A stretch of 63,423 nt of DNA, the filler included. It is 4 parts of 4 records of this genome, joined end to end, with 100 filler letters (N's around TTAATTAATTAA, not from the genome) between each part and the next. Parts side by side here need not be neighbours in the genome. Positions count along the whole stretch, not along the records: positions 1 to 31,249 come from SRR2962707_3222; 3 more parts are not named here. The stretch is one strand, 5' to 3'. Below, in pieces: positions 1 to 10,706 of this stretch; the first letter of the stretch is position 1; every line of letters begins with the position of its first letter. Position numbers and translations under genes: made by a program. The notes below the pieces were generated by a model. The model had not been told where the DNA came from and ran no database searches. It saw only the letters and a list, made by a program, of their open reading frames with translations.

Positions 1-197
1 ATCATGTCGGATTCATTGATGCCTTTCCAGCCAGCAATGGAAGAACCGTCAAACATTTGACCATTTTCAAAAAACTCTTCGTCTACAGTTGAAGCTGGAA
101 TAGACACATGCTGCTCTTTACCTTTGAAATCGGTAAAACGAAGGTCAACCCACTTCGCGTCGTGCTCTGCAATCAAAGCAAGGGTCTTGTTTGACAT
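1..197 (-). CDS. glnA: Glutamine synthetase type I, N-terminal fragment (runs off window)
   Basis: Manual minus-strand translation [35 protein letters not shown]...[20 protein letters not shown] is the GSI N-terminus; GGAG RBS upstream; divergent from thiI-typA as in other gammaproteobacteria. Confidence 0.95.
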   Translation of the reverse strand, partial: MSNKTLALIAEHDAKWVDLRFTDFKGKEQHVSIPASTVDEEFFENGQMFDGSSIAGWKGINESDM

Positions 198-285
198 AGT
201 TGGTTCTCCAAATAATTAAAACGAAATTTCTTCCGACATAGTATTTAAAATTGCTTCAAGGTGAAGCGCTATTGCTAGATTACTA

Positions 286-302
286 AGCACAAGCTGTGCC
301 AG
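286..302 (-). promoter_or_regulatory. Sigma54 (-24/-12) promoter for glnA
   Basis: Minus strand CTGGCACAGCTTGTGCT = TGGCAC-N5-GTGC with exact GG-N10-GC spacing, about 90 nt upstream of the glnA start. Confidence 0.85.
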
Positions 303-407
303 AAGTTTGGGCGTTCAATTAAATCCTTATATAACAGCAAGATAGAAAAATATCGCCCTATGAGCGCGCACCTACATAGCCCCAATAGGGGTCAATATAA
401 AAAGTTT

Positions 408-454
408 TGTGCCTATTTGGTGCGATTTAATATTTTTTGCGTCATATTGGTGCG
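408..454. promoter_or_regulatory. Tandem NtrC-type enhancer sites
   Basis: Two 17-mers (408-424 and 438-454; minus strand CGCACCAAATAGGCACA and CGCACCAATATGACGCA) resemble TGCACC-N5-GGTGCA. They are 30 bp apart and start about 105 bp upstream of the sigma54 site. Confidence 0.75.
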
Positions 455-533
455 AATATATTGTTTTCGTCCGCTTTGGCTTTTCTTTATAATGTGCCCC
501 GTTTTTAATTACCTGGCATGCAACGCATTCTCT

Positions 534-1988
534 ATGAAATTTATTGTTAAGTTTTTCGCTGAAATCACCATCAAAAGTCGTCCTGTACGAAAGTCATTCA
601 TCAAACAACTTCGTCAGAACATAAAGCTAGTGCTAAAAAAGCACGATGCCGATGTGGTGGTCGCAGGCAATTGGGATTTCATCGAGGTGTTGTCTGAGCG
701 TGATGATCTTCGTGACGACTTTATTGACGCGCTCTCTAATATAGCCGGTATTGCGCATTTTCAGTTTGTGCGTGAATTTCCTCTGGTGGATCTTGACGGT
801 ATTATCGATGAAGCCTTGGTCTCCTATGGCGATGTTCTAAAGGATGCGGTGTTTGCGGTGCGCGTTAAACGTGTTGGTAAGCAGCATGATTTTAGTTCTG
901 TTGAAGCAGAGCGTTATATTGGTGGTTGCCTAAAAGCAAAATCCGGTGCTCACAGCGTGCGTCTAAAAGACCCTGATGTATTAGTGCCCATCGATATTCG
1001 TGACAACCGTGTATGGATGATTGAGAAACGTGTAGAAGGCTTGGGCGGTTACCCGATTGGCTCTCAAGATTCTGTGCTGTCATTAATGTCTGGCGGTTAC
1101 GATTCCACGGTCAGTTCTTATCTGACCATGAGCCGCGGCTTAAAAACGCATTTTTGTTTCTTCAATCTAGGGGGCGATGCCCACGAAATTGGCGTTAAGC
1201 AGGTGTCGAGCTTCCTTTGGGAAAAGTACGGCTCTGGCTTGAACGTAAAATTTGTCACTGTACCGTTTGAAGAGGTAGTGGGTGAAATCCTCACTAAGGT
1301 CGATAACGCTGAAATGGGCGTTATCCTCAAACGTATGATGCTGCGTGCCGCAACACAAGTAATGGAAGGCGTAAACGCCAAAGCCTTGGTAACAGGGGAA
1401 AGTGTTGCGCAGGTTTCCAGCCAAACCTTGATTAACTTAAAAGTGATTGATCAAGTCACCGACGAATTGGTGTTGCGCCCTTTAATCACCACCAACAAGC
1501 AAGAAATCATTGATAAAGCCATCGACATTGGTACCGCGCCTTTTGCGGCCAGCATGCCAGAGTTTTGTGGGGTGATTTCGGTAAAACCGACAACGCGAGC
1601 AAAAATGCATCGTATAGAGCGTGAAGAAGCGAAATTTGACTTTGCTGTGCTAGAAAAAGCGGTAGAGGAAATGCGCGTGATGTCGATCCAGAATGTAATG
1701 GACGACGTGGATAAGCAATATCAAGGGGAAGTGCCAGAAGTGCGCATGCCTGTTGGTGATGAAGTCATCATCGATATTCGTCACCCAGATGAAGCGATGA
1801 AGCGTCCTTTGAAAGTCAGTGGTCGACCGGTTAGAGTCATTCCGTTTTTCGCACTGGATTCTCAGTGGAACGACCTAGAACCTGATGTCATGCATCTGTT
1901 GTATTGTGGTAAGGGCGTAATGAGCCGAATCCATGCTTCCTACTTATTAGGCAAAGGACATTCCAACGTTGGGATTTACTTGCCGTAG
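534..1988 (+). CDS. thiI: tRNA 4-thiouridine(8) synthase ThiI (THUMP + PP-loop + rhodanese)
   Basis: MKFIVKFFAEITIKS start, PP-loop SGGYDS, PEFCGVIS, C-terminal rhodanese LLYCGKGVMS. Start moved from 360 to 534 because the extension overlaps the glnA regulatory region. Confidence 0.95.
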   Translation: MKFIVKFFAEITIKSRPVRKSFIKQLRQNIKLVLKKHDADVVVAGNWDFIEVLSERDDLRDDFIDALSNIAGIAHFQFVREFPLVDLDGIIDEALVSYGDVLKDAVFAVRVKRVGKQHDFSSVEAERYIGGCLKAKSGAHSVRLKDPDVLVPIDIRDNRVWMIEKRVEGLGGYPIGSQDSVLSLMSGGYDSTVSSYLTMSRGLKTHFCFFNLGGDAHEIGVKQVSSFLWEKYGSGLNVKFVTVPFEEVVGEILTKVDNAEMGVILKRMMLRAATQVMEGVNAKALVTGESVAQVSSQTLINLKVIDQVTDELVLRPLITTNKQEIIDKAIDIGTAPFAASMPEFCGVISVKPTTRAKMHRIEREEAKFDFAVLEKAVEEMRVMSIQNVMDDVDKQYQGEVPEVRMPVGDEVIIDIRHPDEAMKRPLKVSGRPVRVIPFFALDSQWNDLEPDVMHLLYCGKGVMSRIHASYLLGKGHSNVGIYLP

Positions 1989-2250
1989 AAAATGACGAAC
2001 AAAGTGGTCTGTTTATTGCCTAGTGAATTCTGGGCGTAAATAGAATTTGGCCATGTTTTTTGCGCTGGTCAAATACCCTTCGAAGATTATTTGTTGACTT
2101 TTTTAGTTAGTTTAATGGGATCTTAACGAATATAAGGGTACAATTGCGCGAATTTTACCCCGTACTGAGATCCAACGCGCTTGTAGAGCATAGCTGCTCG
2201 AGCCAAGCAGCGATATATCTTTTTGCCTACGCTTAATGCAGAGAATTAAA

Positions 2251-4071
2251 ATGTCTAATGATATTAGTAAGTTACGCAATATTGCCATCATTGCGCACGT
2301 TGACCATGGTAAAACTACCCTAGTTGATAAACTTTTGAGCCAATCAGGTACTCTTGATCGTAAAGATGAAGGTTCCGAACGCATCATGGATTCCAACGAT
2401 CAAGAAAAAGAACGTGGTATCACCATTTTGGCGAAAAACACGTCTATCAAGTGGAATGATTACCGCATCAACATCGTAGACACACCTGGACACGCCGACT
2501 TCGGTGGTGAAGTGGAACGTGTACTATCTATGGTCGATTGCGTATGTCTATTGGTTGATGCTGTTGACGGCCCAATGCCGCAAACACGTTTCGTAACCTC
2601 TAAAGCATTTGAGCAAGGTTTGCGTCCTATTGTTGTTATCAACAAAGTTGACCGTCCTGGCGCTCGTCCTGATTGGGTTATGGATCAAGTTTTTGATCTG
2701 TTTGATAACCTTGGTGCAACGGAAGAACAATTAGACTTCCCTGTTATCTACGCTTCTGCAATCAACGGTCAAGCTGGTACTGATCCAGATAACTTGGCAG
2801 ACGACATGACGCCACTGTACGAAATGATCGTAGAAAGCGTTCCTGTTCCTGATGTTGATCCAGAAGGTACTTTCCAAATGCAGGTTTCTGCATTGGATTA
2901 CGACAGCTATGTTGGTGTTATCGGTGTAGGCCGTATCACACGCGGCAGCTTGTCTCCTAACCAACAAGTGGTTGTAAAATCAGCGGATGGTAAAGAGCGT
3001 AAAGGTAAAGTACTAAACGTGAAGGGCTACCATGGTCTATCTCGTGTTGATACAGACAAAGCCTCTGCTGGTGATATCGTATGTATCAATGGTATCGATG
3101 GTCTAAGTATTTCTGATACTTTGTGTGATCCTACTTGTGTTGAAGCGCTTCCAGCATTGTCTGTAGATGAGCCAACAGTAAGCATGACTTTCATGGTAAA
3201 CGACTCTCCGTTTGCTGGTAAAGAAGGTAAATACATCACCACTCGTAACATCAAAGATCGTCTAGACCAAGAGTTGATCCACAACGTTGCATTGCGTGTT
3301 AAGCAAGGCGACACGCCGGATAAATTCATTGTATCTGGTCGTGGTGAGCTTCACTTGTCTGTATTGATCGAAACAATGCGTCGTGAAGGCTTCGAAATGG
3401 GTGTATCTCGTCCTGAAGTTGTTATCAAAGAAATTGACGGTGTTAAATCTGAACCATTTGAAATGGTAGTAATCGATGTTGAAGACCAGCATCAGGGCGC
3501 TATCATGGAAGAAGTTGGCCTACGTAAAGGCGAACTAACAAACATGGAACCAGATGGCAAAGGCCGTACACGCCTTGAGTTCATGATGCCATCACGTGGT
3601 TTGATCGGTTTCCGTGGCTTGTTCCTAACATTGACGTCTGGTTCTGGTATCTTGACGAGTGTATTTGATCACTACGGTCCAGTGAAAGACGGCGAAGTTC
3701 AAAGCCGTAAAAACGGTGTATTGATCAGTATGTTGACTGGTAAAACAGCCGCTTACTCTTTGTTTAACTTGCAAAGCCGTGGTCGTATGTTCCTAGGCCA
3801 TGCGGTTGAAGTTTACGAAGGTCAAGTTATCGGTATTCACTCACGTGATAACGATTTGTCTGTTAACCCTGTTAAAGGTAAGCAGCTGACTAACGTACGT
3901 GCTTCTGGTACGGATGAAGCTTTGACTCTTACGCCACCGATTCGCCAAACGCTAGAACAAGCGCTTGAGTTCATCGAAGACGACGAATTGGTAGAAGTAA
4001 CACCAGAAAGCATTCGTGTTCGTAAGAAATTCCTAACTGAAAACGAACGTAAACGTAACGCTCGTAAGTAA
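2251..4071 (+). CDS. typA: Translational GTPase TypA/BipA
   Basis: [38 protein letters not shown]-terminal [10 protein letters not shown]...[14 protein letters not shown]; strong codon bias. Confidence 0.98.
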   Translation: MSNDISKLRNIAIIAHVDHGKTTLVDKLLSQSGTLDRKDEGSERIMDSNDQEKERGITILAKNTSIKWNDYRINIVDTPGHADFGGEVERVLSMVDCVCLLVDAVDGPMPQTRFVTSKAFEQGLRPIVVINKVDRPGARPDWVMDQVFDLFDNLGATEEQLDFPVIYASAINGQAGTDPDNLADDMTPLYEMIVESVPVPDVDPEGTFQMQVSALDYDSYVGVIGVGRITRGSLSPNQQVVVKSADGKERKGKVLNVKGYHGLSRVDTDKASAGDIVCINGIDGLSISDTLCDPTCVEALPALSVDEPTVSMTFMVNDSPFAGKEGKYITTRNIKDRLDQELIHNVALRVKQGDTPDKFIVSGRGELHLSVLIETMRREGFEMGVSRPEVVIKEIDGVKSEPFEMVVIDVEDQHQGAIMEEVGLRKGELTNMEPDGKGRTRLEFMMPSRGLIGFRGLFLTLTSGSGILTSVFDHYGPVKDGEVQSRKNGVLISMLTGKTAAYSLFNLQSRGRMFLGHAVEVYEGQVIGIHSRDNDLSVNPVKGKQLTNVRASGTDEALTLTPPIRQTLEQALEFIEDDELVEVTPESIRVRKKFLTENERKRNARK

Positions 4072-4162
4072 GACATCGCCATTCTTTAATGAGCGGCTCA
4101 CTCGAGTCGTTTCAAAAGAGCAGCAGCAAATGGGGTCACGCAAGTGGCTCTATGAGCGACAT

Positions 4163-4187
4163 AAGCGCCTTCGGGCGCTTTTGTTTT
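4163..4187 (+). terminator. Intrinsic terminator after typA
   Basis: AAGCGCC-TTCG-GGCGCTT followed by TTGTTTT. Confidence 0.8.
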
Positions 4188-4245
4188 ATCTGGGGTTTGG
4201 TGATACTTAAGCAAAGCGAACATAGCCGATGAAAAGGAGTGCAGA

Positions 4246-4680
4246 GTGAAAGTTTTAGTGCAGCGAGCGTTGAATGCTAGCGTCATGGTGAGCGGTGAGG
4301 TGATTGGTGCGATTGATCATGGGCAGCTTGTTTTGGTGGGGATCGAAAAAGGCGACACAGAGCAGGATGTGCAGCGTCTAGCGGATAAATTGCTAAAATA
4401 CCGTATGTTTTCTGATCAAGATGGAAAGATGAATTTGAATGTGCAGCAAGCGGGAGGCGGTATTTTATTGGTGTCGCAATTTACTCTGGCGGCTGACACC
4501 AAGAAAGGTCTTCGTCCTGGCTTTTCCACAGCGGCGGTTCCCACTGAGGGTGAGCGCTTATTTAATGATTTTGTGGATAAAGTGCGATCACAGTACGATC
4601 GTGTAGAGACAGGCCGCTTCGGTGCTGACATGAAGGTGTCCTTCACAAACGATGGCCCCGTTACCTTTATGCTGGATTAG
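4246..4680 (+). CDS. dtd: D-aminoacyl-tRNA deacylase
   Basis: VQR, VSQFTL and NDGPVT motifs; AAGGAG RBS before the GTG start. Confidence 0.96.
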   Translation: MKVLVQRALNASVMVSGEVIGAIDHGQLVLVGIEKGDTEQDVQRLADKLLKYRMFSDQDGKMNLNVQQAGGGILLVSQFTLAADTKKGLRPGFSTAAVPTEGERLFNDFVDKVRSQYDRVETGRFGADMKVSFTNDGPVTFMLD

Positions 4681-4708
4681 GCCCTGTATGTGGCAAGCAG
4701 CGAAGCAT

Positions 4709-4740
4709 AAAAAAAGCGGCTGTGGAAAACTCGCCGCTTT
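4709..4740 (-). terminator. Terminator of the ubiE-ubiB-hisE-tat operon, convergent with dtd
   Basis: AAAGCGGC...GCCGCTTT stem with an A7 run on the left (U-tract on the minus strand). Confidence 0.65.
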
Positions 4741-4771
4741 ATTAACAATAGTATTCTCTTCTCAGTCGGTA

Positions 4772-5530
4772 TTAACTTGCCTCTGAGACCTCTTCAGCGT
4801 CCTCTTCTTCTCTTTTTACCGTTCTTCCTGCCAGTAGGCCTAATTCAAATAGCATCCACATAGGGATGGCGAGCAGCGTCTGTGAGAAAATATCAGGAGG
4901 CGTAATTAACATGCCCACGACAAAGCAACCGAGAAACACATAAGGGCGTTTTTTAGAAAGTGTTGCCACAGTCGTCACGCCAGCTTTGACCAATAAATAG
5001 GTGGCCACTGGAATTTCAAAAGTCACACCGAAGGCGAAAAATAGCTTAAGAACAAAGTTTAGGTAGTTGTTGATGTCCGTCATGACGGTAACGTCACCTG
5101 GCCCTACTGTGGTGAAAAAGCCAAAAATCAGCGGCAGCACAACATAGTAAGCAAACAGTACACCGCCATAAAATAACACTATGCTGGAAATGAGCAGCGG
5201 GATGGCAATTTGCTTTTCGTTTTTATACAAAGCGGGGGCAATAAAAGACCAAGCTTGATACAGGGTATAAGGAATCGACAGCAATACGGAGATGGCAAAG
5301 GTCAACTTCAACGGCGCTAAAAAGGGTGAGGCGACTTCGGTTGCTATCAAGGAGCTGCCTTTGGGCAGTAGCAATCTTAAAGGCTCAGAGACGATCATAT
5401 ACAGGTCGTTAGCGTAAAAATAGAGACCAATAAAAATCACTAAAACCACGACCACAGATTTTAATAATCGATTTCTGAGTTCTATTAAATGGGCAACAAG
5501 TGGCGCTTGGGAAGAAGAATCAGTACTCAT
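4772..5530 (-). CDS. tatC: Twin-arginine translocase TatC
   Basis: HLIELRNRL, YQAWSFIAPALY, FEIPV, ITPPD. Confidence 0.97.
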   Translation of the reverse strand: MSTDSSSQAPLVAHLIELRNRLLKSVVVVLVIFIGLYFYANDLYMIVSEPLRLLLPKGSSLIATEVASPFLAPLKLTFAISVLLSIPYTLYQAWSFIAPALYKNEKQIAIPLLISSIVLFYGGVLFAYYVVLPLIFGFFTTVGPGDVTVMTDINNYLNFVLKLFFAFGVTFEIPVATYLLVKAGVTTVATLSKKRPYVFLGCFVVGMLITPPDIFSQTLLAIPMWMLFELGLLAGRTVKREEEDAEEVSEAS

Positions 5531-5551
5531 AGTTAACAATCTGCCAGTAAA

Positions 5552-5992
5552 TTAAGAACGAGATGTTTCAGTAGTATTGGTGTCTGACTTGGTGGTTTTT
5601 TCAGTGCTGTCTCCGGTAGGAGTCACAGGCTGGATGGCGGCGTCGTTTTTGTCGCTAACCTCTAAAACCGTTTCATTGGGTGTGACTAGATCGGCTTCTT
5701 GAATGGGTTCGTCTGGCTTGTCGACCGGCGCAGGTTCTGGCAAAGGCGTGATTCTATTTTGAATGTCGTTGCCTTCTTTCATGATGCGCTGATTCGTTTG
5801 AGCGATGTTTTGTTGCAGTTCTTCTTGGTCCAGCTGGGCGTTAATTTCGCGCTGTACTGAGCTAATGGAGCGACGAATTTTACGAATCCAGAGACCCGCA
5901 GTTTTGGCCGCGGTAGGAAGGCGTTCTGGGCCAAGAATAATCAAGGCCACCACGAAAACAACTAATAGTTCTGAGAAGCCAATATCGAACAC
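5552..5992 (-). CDS. tatB: Twin-arginine translocase TatB
   Basis: MFDIGFSELLVV...LGPERLP. Confidence 0.96.
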   Translation of the reverse strand: MFDIGFSELLVVFVVALIILGPERLPTAAKTAGLWIRKIRRSISSVQREINAQLDQEELQQNIAQTNQRIMKEGNDIQNRITPLPEPAPVDKPDEPIQEADLVTPNETVLEVSDKNDAAIQPVTPTGDSTEKTTKSDTNTTETSRS

Positions 5993-5995
5993 AGG

Positions 5996-6217
5996 TTAAG
6001 CGCTCTTGTCGTCTTTTTTAGTTTCTGAATCAATGACTTTGTTTTGTGCTGTCTTTGATTCGCCTTCGGCGTCATCTTCTTTGTTAACGGCTTCTTTAAA
6101 ACCTTTAACCGCACCACCTAAATCACCGCCGAGGTTTTTGAGTTTTTTGGTGCCAAAGATAAGAATTAAAATGGCCAACACAATAAGTAATTGCCAAATA
6201 CTGATACCACCTAACAT
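5996..6217 (-). CDS. tatA: Twin-arginine translocase TatA
   Basis: GISIWQLLI...[14 protein letters not shown]. Confidence 0.96.
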   Translation of the reverse strand: MLGGISIWQLLIVLAILILIFGTKKLKNLGGDLGGAVKGFKEAVNKEDDAEGESKTAQNKVIDSETKKDDKSA

Positions 6218-6229
6218 GTTTACATACTC

Positions 6230-6562
6230 CTATTTGGTGCGATTCGCTTTCTCTTCTAAACCAGATAAGTCGAAACGGCGTGCTAATTCATTTAAAACGT
6301 CATCCGGACCTAAATCAAGGTGGGATAGCATGACCAATGTATGAAACCATAAATCCGCTGTTTCGCTAATTAACTCAGATTTGTCTTGAGAGATCAGGGC
6401 GTCTTTTGCTGCGATAATGGTTTCGGTGCTTTCTTCGCCTACTTTTTCGAGTATTTTATTTAACCCTTTAGCGTGCAAGCTGGCAACATAAGAGGAGTCT
6501 GCCGCCGCTGTTTTACGTTCTTCTAAAGTGGCAGCAAGTTCAGCTAATACATCAATTTTCAT
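6230..6562 (-). CDS. hisE: Phosphoribosyl-ATP diphosphatase
   Basis: SYVASL...KILEKVGEE...ETADLWFH; monofunctional, no HisI domain. Confidence 0.95.
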   Translation of the reverse strand: MKIDVLAELAATLEERKTAAADSSYVASLHAKGLNKILEKVGEESTETIIAAKDALISQDKSELISETADLWFHTLVMLSHLDLGPDDVLNELARRFDLSGLEEKANRTK

Positions 6563-6578
6563 TATAATCTCACGAATG

Positions 6579-8222
6579 TTACGGTTTTAATATCAATAAG
6601 TATAAACCAATCAAAAAGAGCGAAATGCTCAAAATGTCGGCACTTTGAAGGTGTTTTAACGAATCTGGACTGATTGTTAGCCAAGCAGCGCCAAGACTGA
6701 CAAGGCCTAAAAGCCTGAACGGCAGGCCACGGCGAGTCTTTTTCACCTCTTTGCTTAGTTCAAGAATGGCCGCAGTTTGTGTTTGCATGCGCTCTTCTTG
6801 GTGGGATATTTGCGTTAGTGCCGAGAAAATCAAATTAGGGATTTTAGGCATTTGTCCTGCCCATTCCGGTGCTTGTTTTCGCACCTCTTCTAGTAAGCGT
6901 TTTGGTCCCATTTGTTGGTGCATCCAGCGTTCTAGGAAAGGTTTTGCTGTGACCCATAAATCCAAGTCTGGGTACAGTTGACGCCCCAACCCTTCGATAT
7001 TAAGCAGTGTTTTTTCAAGCAGTACCAGTTGCGGTTGTACTTCCATATTAAAGCGGCGCGCGGTTTGGAATAAGCCTATGAGTACCTGACCGAAAGAAAT
7101 GTCTTTGAGTGGTTTGGCAAACATGGGTTCGCAAACGCTGCGAATGGCGGATTCAAAAGCATGAACTGGGGTTTCTTTTGGTACCCAGCCGCTTTCTACG
7201 TGCAACTCGGCAACAAGGCGATAATCGCGTTGGAAAAATGCCAACAAATTACGCGCTAAATAGTTTTTGTCTGCGTCATCTAGGCTGCCCATGATGGCGC
7301 AATCAATCGCAATGTACTTGGGTTTTTGTGGGTTTGATACATCCACAAAAATATTCCCTGGGTGCATGTCTGCGTGAAAGAAACTGTGCGAGAACACCTG
7401 GGTGAAGAAGATCTCTACACCGCGTTCTGCAAGGCACTTCATGTCTGTGCCAGCGGCGTTTAACGCCTTAATGTCAGCGACAGGAATGCCTGAAATGCGT
7501 TCCATCACCATGACATTTTTCTGGCAGTAGTCCCAATACACTTGCGGTACGTAAAGCAATTCAGAATCGGTAAAGTTACGTTGCAATAGCCCAGTGTTAG
7601 CGGCTTCTTTGGCAAGGTCTAGCTCGTCTAAAATGGTGTATTCGTAATCGGTCACCACTTCGACGGGTCTTAAACGGCGACCGTCTGAGCTGCTTTTGGC
7701 AACAAAGTGAGCCAAGGTATACAGCAAGCCAATGTCTTGGCGGATGGTTTTCTCGATGTTGGGGCGAATAACCTTTACCACCACCTCTTCCCCTGAATGC
7801 AGGGTCGCGGTATGGACTTGAGCAATGGAGGCTGACGCCAATGGCGTGGCAGAAAACTCGGCAAAGAGTTCGCTAACCGGGGCTTTAAGATCGCGTTCGA
7901 TAATCGCTTGCGCAGTGCTACCGGAGAAGGCAGGTACCTTGTCTTGCAGCTTGGCCAGCTCATCGGCTATGTCATCGTCAAGGAGGTCGCGGCGAGTCGA
8001 TAGAATCTGTCCGAACTTAACGAAGATGGGGCCGAGGGATTCAAGGGCTAAGCGAAGGCGTTCGCCTCGATTCTTGATCACTCTTTGTCTGCCTATTTGA
8101 CACAGCATACCGACGGTGTAACGCAAGTACCAAGGCAGCTTGTCAAAGGGAATGAGTGCATCAAGGCGGAAGCGTAGCACGGTAAAAATGATACGCGTTA
8201 AACGAAAGACGCTTCTTAACAT
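6579..8222 (-). CDS. ubiB: Ubiquinone biosynthesis kinase-like protein UbiB
   Basis: [34 protein letters not shown]. Confidence 0.97.
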   Translation of the reverse strand: MLRSVFRLTRIIFTVLRFRLDALIPFDKLPWYLRYTVGMLCQIGRQRVIKNRGERLRLALESLGPIFVKFGQILSTRRDLLDDDIADELAKLQDKVPAFSGSTAQAIIERDLKAPVSELFAEFSATPLASASIAQVHTATLHSGEEVVVKVIRPNIEKTIRQDIGLLYTLAHFVAKSSSDGRRLRPVEVVTDYEYTILDELDLAKEAANTGLLQRNFTDSELLYVPQVYWDYCQKNVMVMERISGIPVADIKALNAAGTDMKCLAERGVEIFFTQVFSHSFFHADMHPGNIFVDVSNPQKPKYIAIDCAIMGSLDDADKNYLARNLLAFFQRDYRLVAELHVESGWVPKETPVHAFESAIRSVCEPMFAKPLKDISFGQVLIGLFQTARRFNMEVQPQLVLLEKTLLNIEGLGRQLYPDLDLWVTAKPFLERWMHQQMGPKRLLEEVRKQAPEWAGQMPKIPNLIFSALTQISHQEERMQTQTAAILELSKEVKKTRRGLPFRLLGLVSLGAAWLTISPDSLKHLQSADILSISLFLIGLYLLILKP

Positions 8223-8223
8223 A

Positions 8224-8979
8224 TTAGAATTTAAATCCTTTATGTAGGGCTACAATGCCGCCAGTCATGTTTTGGTAGCTGGTGCGTTCAAAACCAACGT
8301 CATCCATCATGCCTTTTAGGGTTTCTTGATCAGGGTGCATGCGGATCGATTCAGCCAAGTAGCGATAGCTTTCTGCATCATTGGCAATCACCTTGCCCAT
8401 GAAAGGCAAAAGACGGAATGAATAATGATCGTAGATCTGGGACAGGGCCTCAGATTCTGGTTTGGAGAATTCCAACACTAATAAGCGGCCACCCGGTTTA
8501 AGCACTCGGTACATGGATGCCAAGGCTTTGGATTTGTCTGTGACGTTACGTAGTCCAAAAGCAATGGTGATGCAGTCGAAGGTGTCATCGGGGAAAGGCA
8601 GCGCTTCGGCATTGGCTTGCACGAATTTCACATTGCCAACAACGCCGTGATTGGCCAGTTTATCGCGACCCACTTTTAACATGGAGTCATTGATGTCAGC
8701 GAGAATGACTTGTCCTTCGCTGCCGACCAAACGAGAAAATTTCAATGTTAGATCACCGGTGCCACCAGCAATGTCGAGGACTTTGTTGCCCGCTCGGACA
8801 CCCGATTGACTGATGGTGTGGCGCTTCCACAGACGATGTACACCACCTGACATTAGGTCATTCATAATGTCGTATTTTGCGGCTACCGAGTGAAACACAT
8901 TGGCAACGGCCTGTACTTTTTCATCAGTAGGGATTTCTTTAAAGCCAAAGTGGGTGGTTTTGTTCTGATCGTCTTGCAT
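8224..8979 (-). CDS. ubiE: Ubiquinone/menaquinone C-methyltransferase
   Basis: [42 protein letters not shown]. Confidence 0.97.
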   Translation of the reverse strand: MQDDQNKTTHFGFKEIPTDEKVQAVANVFHSVAAKYDIMNDLMSGGVHRLWKRHTISQSGVRAGNKVLDIAGGTGDLTLKFSRLVGSEGQVILADINDSMLKVGRDKLANHGVVGNVKFVQANAEALPFPDDTFDCITIAFGLRNVTDKSKALASMYRVLKPGGRLLVLEFSKPESEALSQIYDHYSFRLLPFMGKVIANDAESYRYLAESIRMHPDQETLKGMMDDVGFERTSYQNMTGGIVALHKGFKF

Positions 8980-9141
8980 AAATTACTTCATCCTAAGGGC
9001 GCCAAGACGCGCCAAATTCTATAACTGCGGTGCGTACACATTAGTAAAGCATTGTAACTGCCATCAGTGGGCTAGGGAAGGTATGAATAAGCCTTCTTAG
9101 TCTCAACCCGAAAGGCTTCTTTAAAATCCGTTCGCTTCTGT

Positions 9142-10686
9142 TTAGTGCTCGCGCTCTGGTGTTGCGTTATCCACCATTACCTTATTGCGACCAGCTTCTT
9201 TGGCGCAATAGAGTTGTTTGTCAGCCCGCGAGAAAAAGGCTTCGTATTCTTCATCTATTAACTCAGCCAAACCAATGGAGATAGTAATGGATACGGGTTC
9301 TCCATTGACATTAAACGGGGCTTTTTCTACTTCTTTACGAATCGCTTCGGCGCGCTGATGGGCGTCTTCTAGCGTCGTATTTGGAAACACAATAACAAAT
9401 TCTTCGCCGCCATAACGGTACAATAAATCTGGCTTATTCAGGGCGTTGCGAATTTGTCTGGGTACTAGGCGCAGTACTTTGTCACCGGCTAAGTGGCCCC
9501 AGGTGTCGTTGACCTGTTTAAAAAAATCGATGTCGCAGATCGCCAAGCTCAGTGGCTTTGCGTTTTTCTGCGAGCTGGCACACAAGGGCAAAATGGCGTC
9601 TTGATAGGCCGCGCGATTGGGTAAGTCGGTTAGGGCGTCGGTCATGGCTTGCGCTAGCTTTTCTTGTAGGCTAGTTCGCAAAGAAGAGGTGTCTTTTTCC
9701 ATTCGAGTGACCTTGCTTTTCAACAAGGAAATCGATTGATTGGACATTTTCTCTTGGCTGATCATTTGTTTGCGATATCGCGACATGGTGGTGGAAATGC
9801 TTGCCATGCGCTCATTAATCAGCAGTTTTAGGGTGTCTAGATCGTCGGCCTGTTGCACCGCGCTGGCGGCTTCTTGTACTTGTTGTTGCATGGTCGCATT
9901 GAAGCCTTCTCGACTCTCGGAGAGGTTCTTTTGGCTGCGGTAGCTTTTTACAATGGAGTCATTAATGCTGGCCAGTTGCTTGTTTAGCTCATTTAGATAG
10001 CTGGTTAACCCTTCTTGAGTGTTGCCAATGGCCACCATGATGAGGGCAATAACATCATCCAGTAACTTAGGGAAACTGTGAAACGTGTGGTTGTTCGCTA
10101 ACGCCTTTTTAAGCTCAGAAATTTGGTTGTCGTAATGGCTCGGCAAGGCAAGGTTATTAAGCAATCCAGACAATGTGTGACTGACTTGTTGCAATGCTTC
10201 TTGGCTATTCAATTTATTCTGCGGAGAGGAGGAGCGTCTGAAAATGCGAGAGATCAGGGTGCGTTTTTCATTGTCTACTGGCGTGGAGTAAGACAGGGTG
10301 CTCTCAACGAGAGCAAGGTATTCTTTGAGCAGTTGAGGCCAATGGGGCAAAGATTGCCAATGGGAGCGAATGGAGGTCTCAAAGGCCTTTTTTTCACTCT
10401 GGGGGACGTTTTGTCCGTGTTGATCCAATACATCAATCAGATCGTGCAGAGTATGCCTAAAGTGCTTGGCTCGGGTTAATCTTGCCTCGTCTACTTTGAG
10501 TAGAAGAGGCTCCACATTGTCCAAAATCGTTTGAATAGCCGCAGCGTCTGCTCCTTTGCTAATCTGTACACGAATTTGGCGAATGGCGGAGTCTAACTCA
10601 GGATCATTTCCTTCGGCTAGTAGACTCGTCCTTGAGACTGCTTTACGTAAAGCGTTGACTAGCTTGTCTTGAGATATATCCGTCAT
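9142..10686 (-). CDS. Diguanylate cyclase with coiled-coil N-terminus (DgcP/PA5487-like context)
   Basis: DALTDLPNR, DIDFFKQVND, GHLAGD, RYGGEEF; lies downstream of dsbA. Confidence 0.92.
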   Translation of the reverse strand: MTDISQDKLVNALRKAVSRTSLLAEGNDPELDSAIRQIRVQISKGADAAAIQTILDNVEPLLLKVDEARLTRAKHFRHTLHDLIDVLDQHGQNVPQSEKKAFETSIRSHWQSLPHWPQLLKEYLALVESTLSYSTPVDNEKRTLISRIFRRSSSPQNKLNSQEALQQVSHTLSGLLNNLALPSHYDNQISELKKALANNHTFHSFPKLLDDVIALIMVAIGNTQEGLTSYLNELNKQLASINDSIVKSYRSQKNLSESREGFNATMQQQVQEAASAVQQADDLDTLKLLINERMASISTTMSRYRKQMISQEKMSNQSISLLKSKVTRMEKDTSSLRTSLQEKLAQAMTDALTDLPNRAAYQDAILPLCASSQKNAKPLSLAICDIDFFKQVNDTWGHLAGDKVLRLVPRQIRNALNKPDLLYRYGGEEFVIVFPNTTLEDAHQRAEAIRKEVEKAPFNVNGEPVSITISIGLAELIDEEYEAFFSRADKQLYCAKEAGRNKVMVDNATPEREH

Positions 10687-10706
10687 GGAGCCTCACATTT
10701 TAAGGT

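Noticed and set aside
360..533. 58-aa N-terminal extension of ThiI in the ORF track
   Set aside because: It overlaps the glnA regulatory sites and a TATAAT; the ThiI-like sequence begins at 534.
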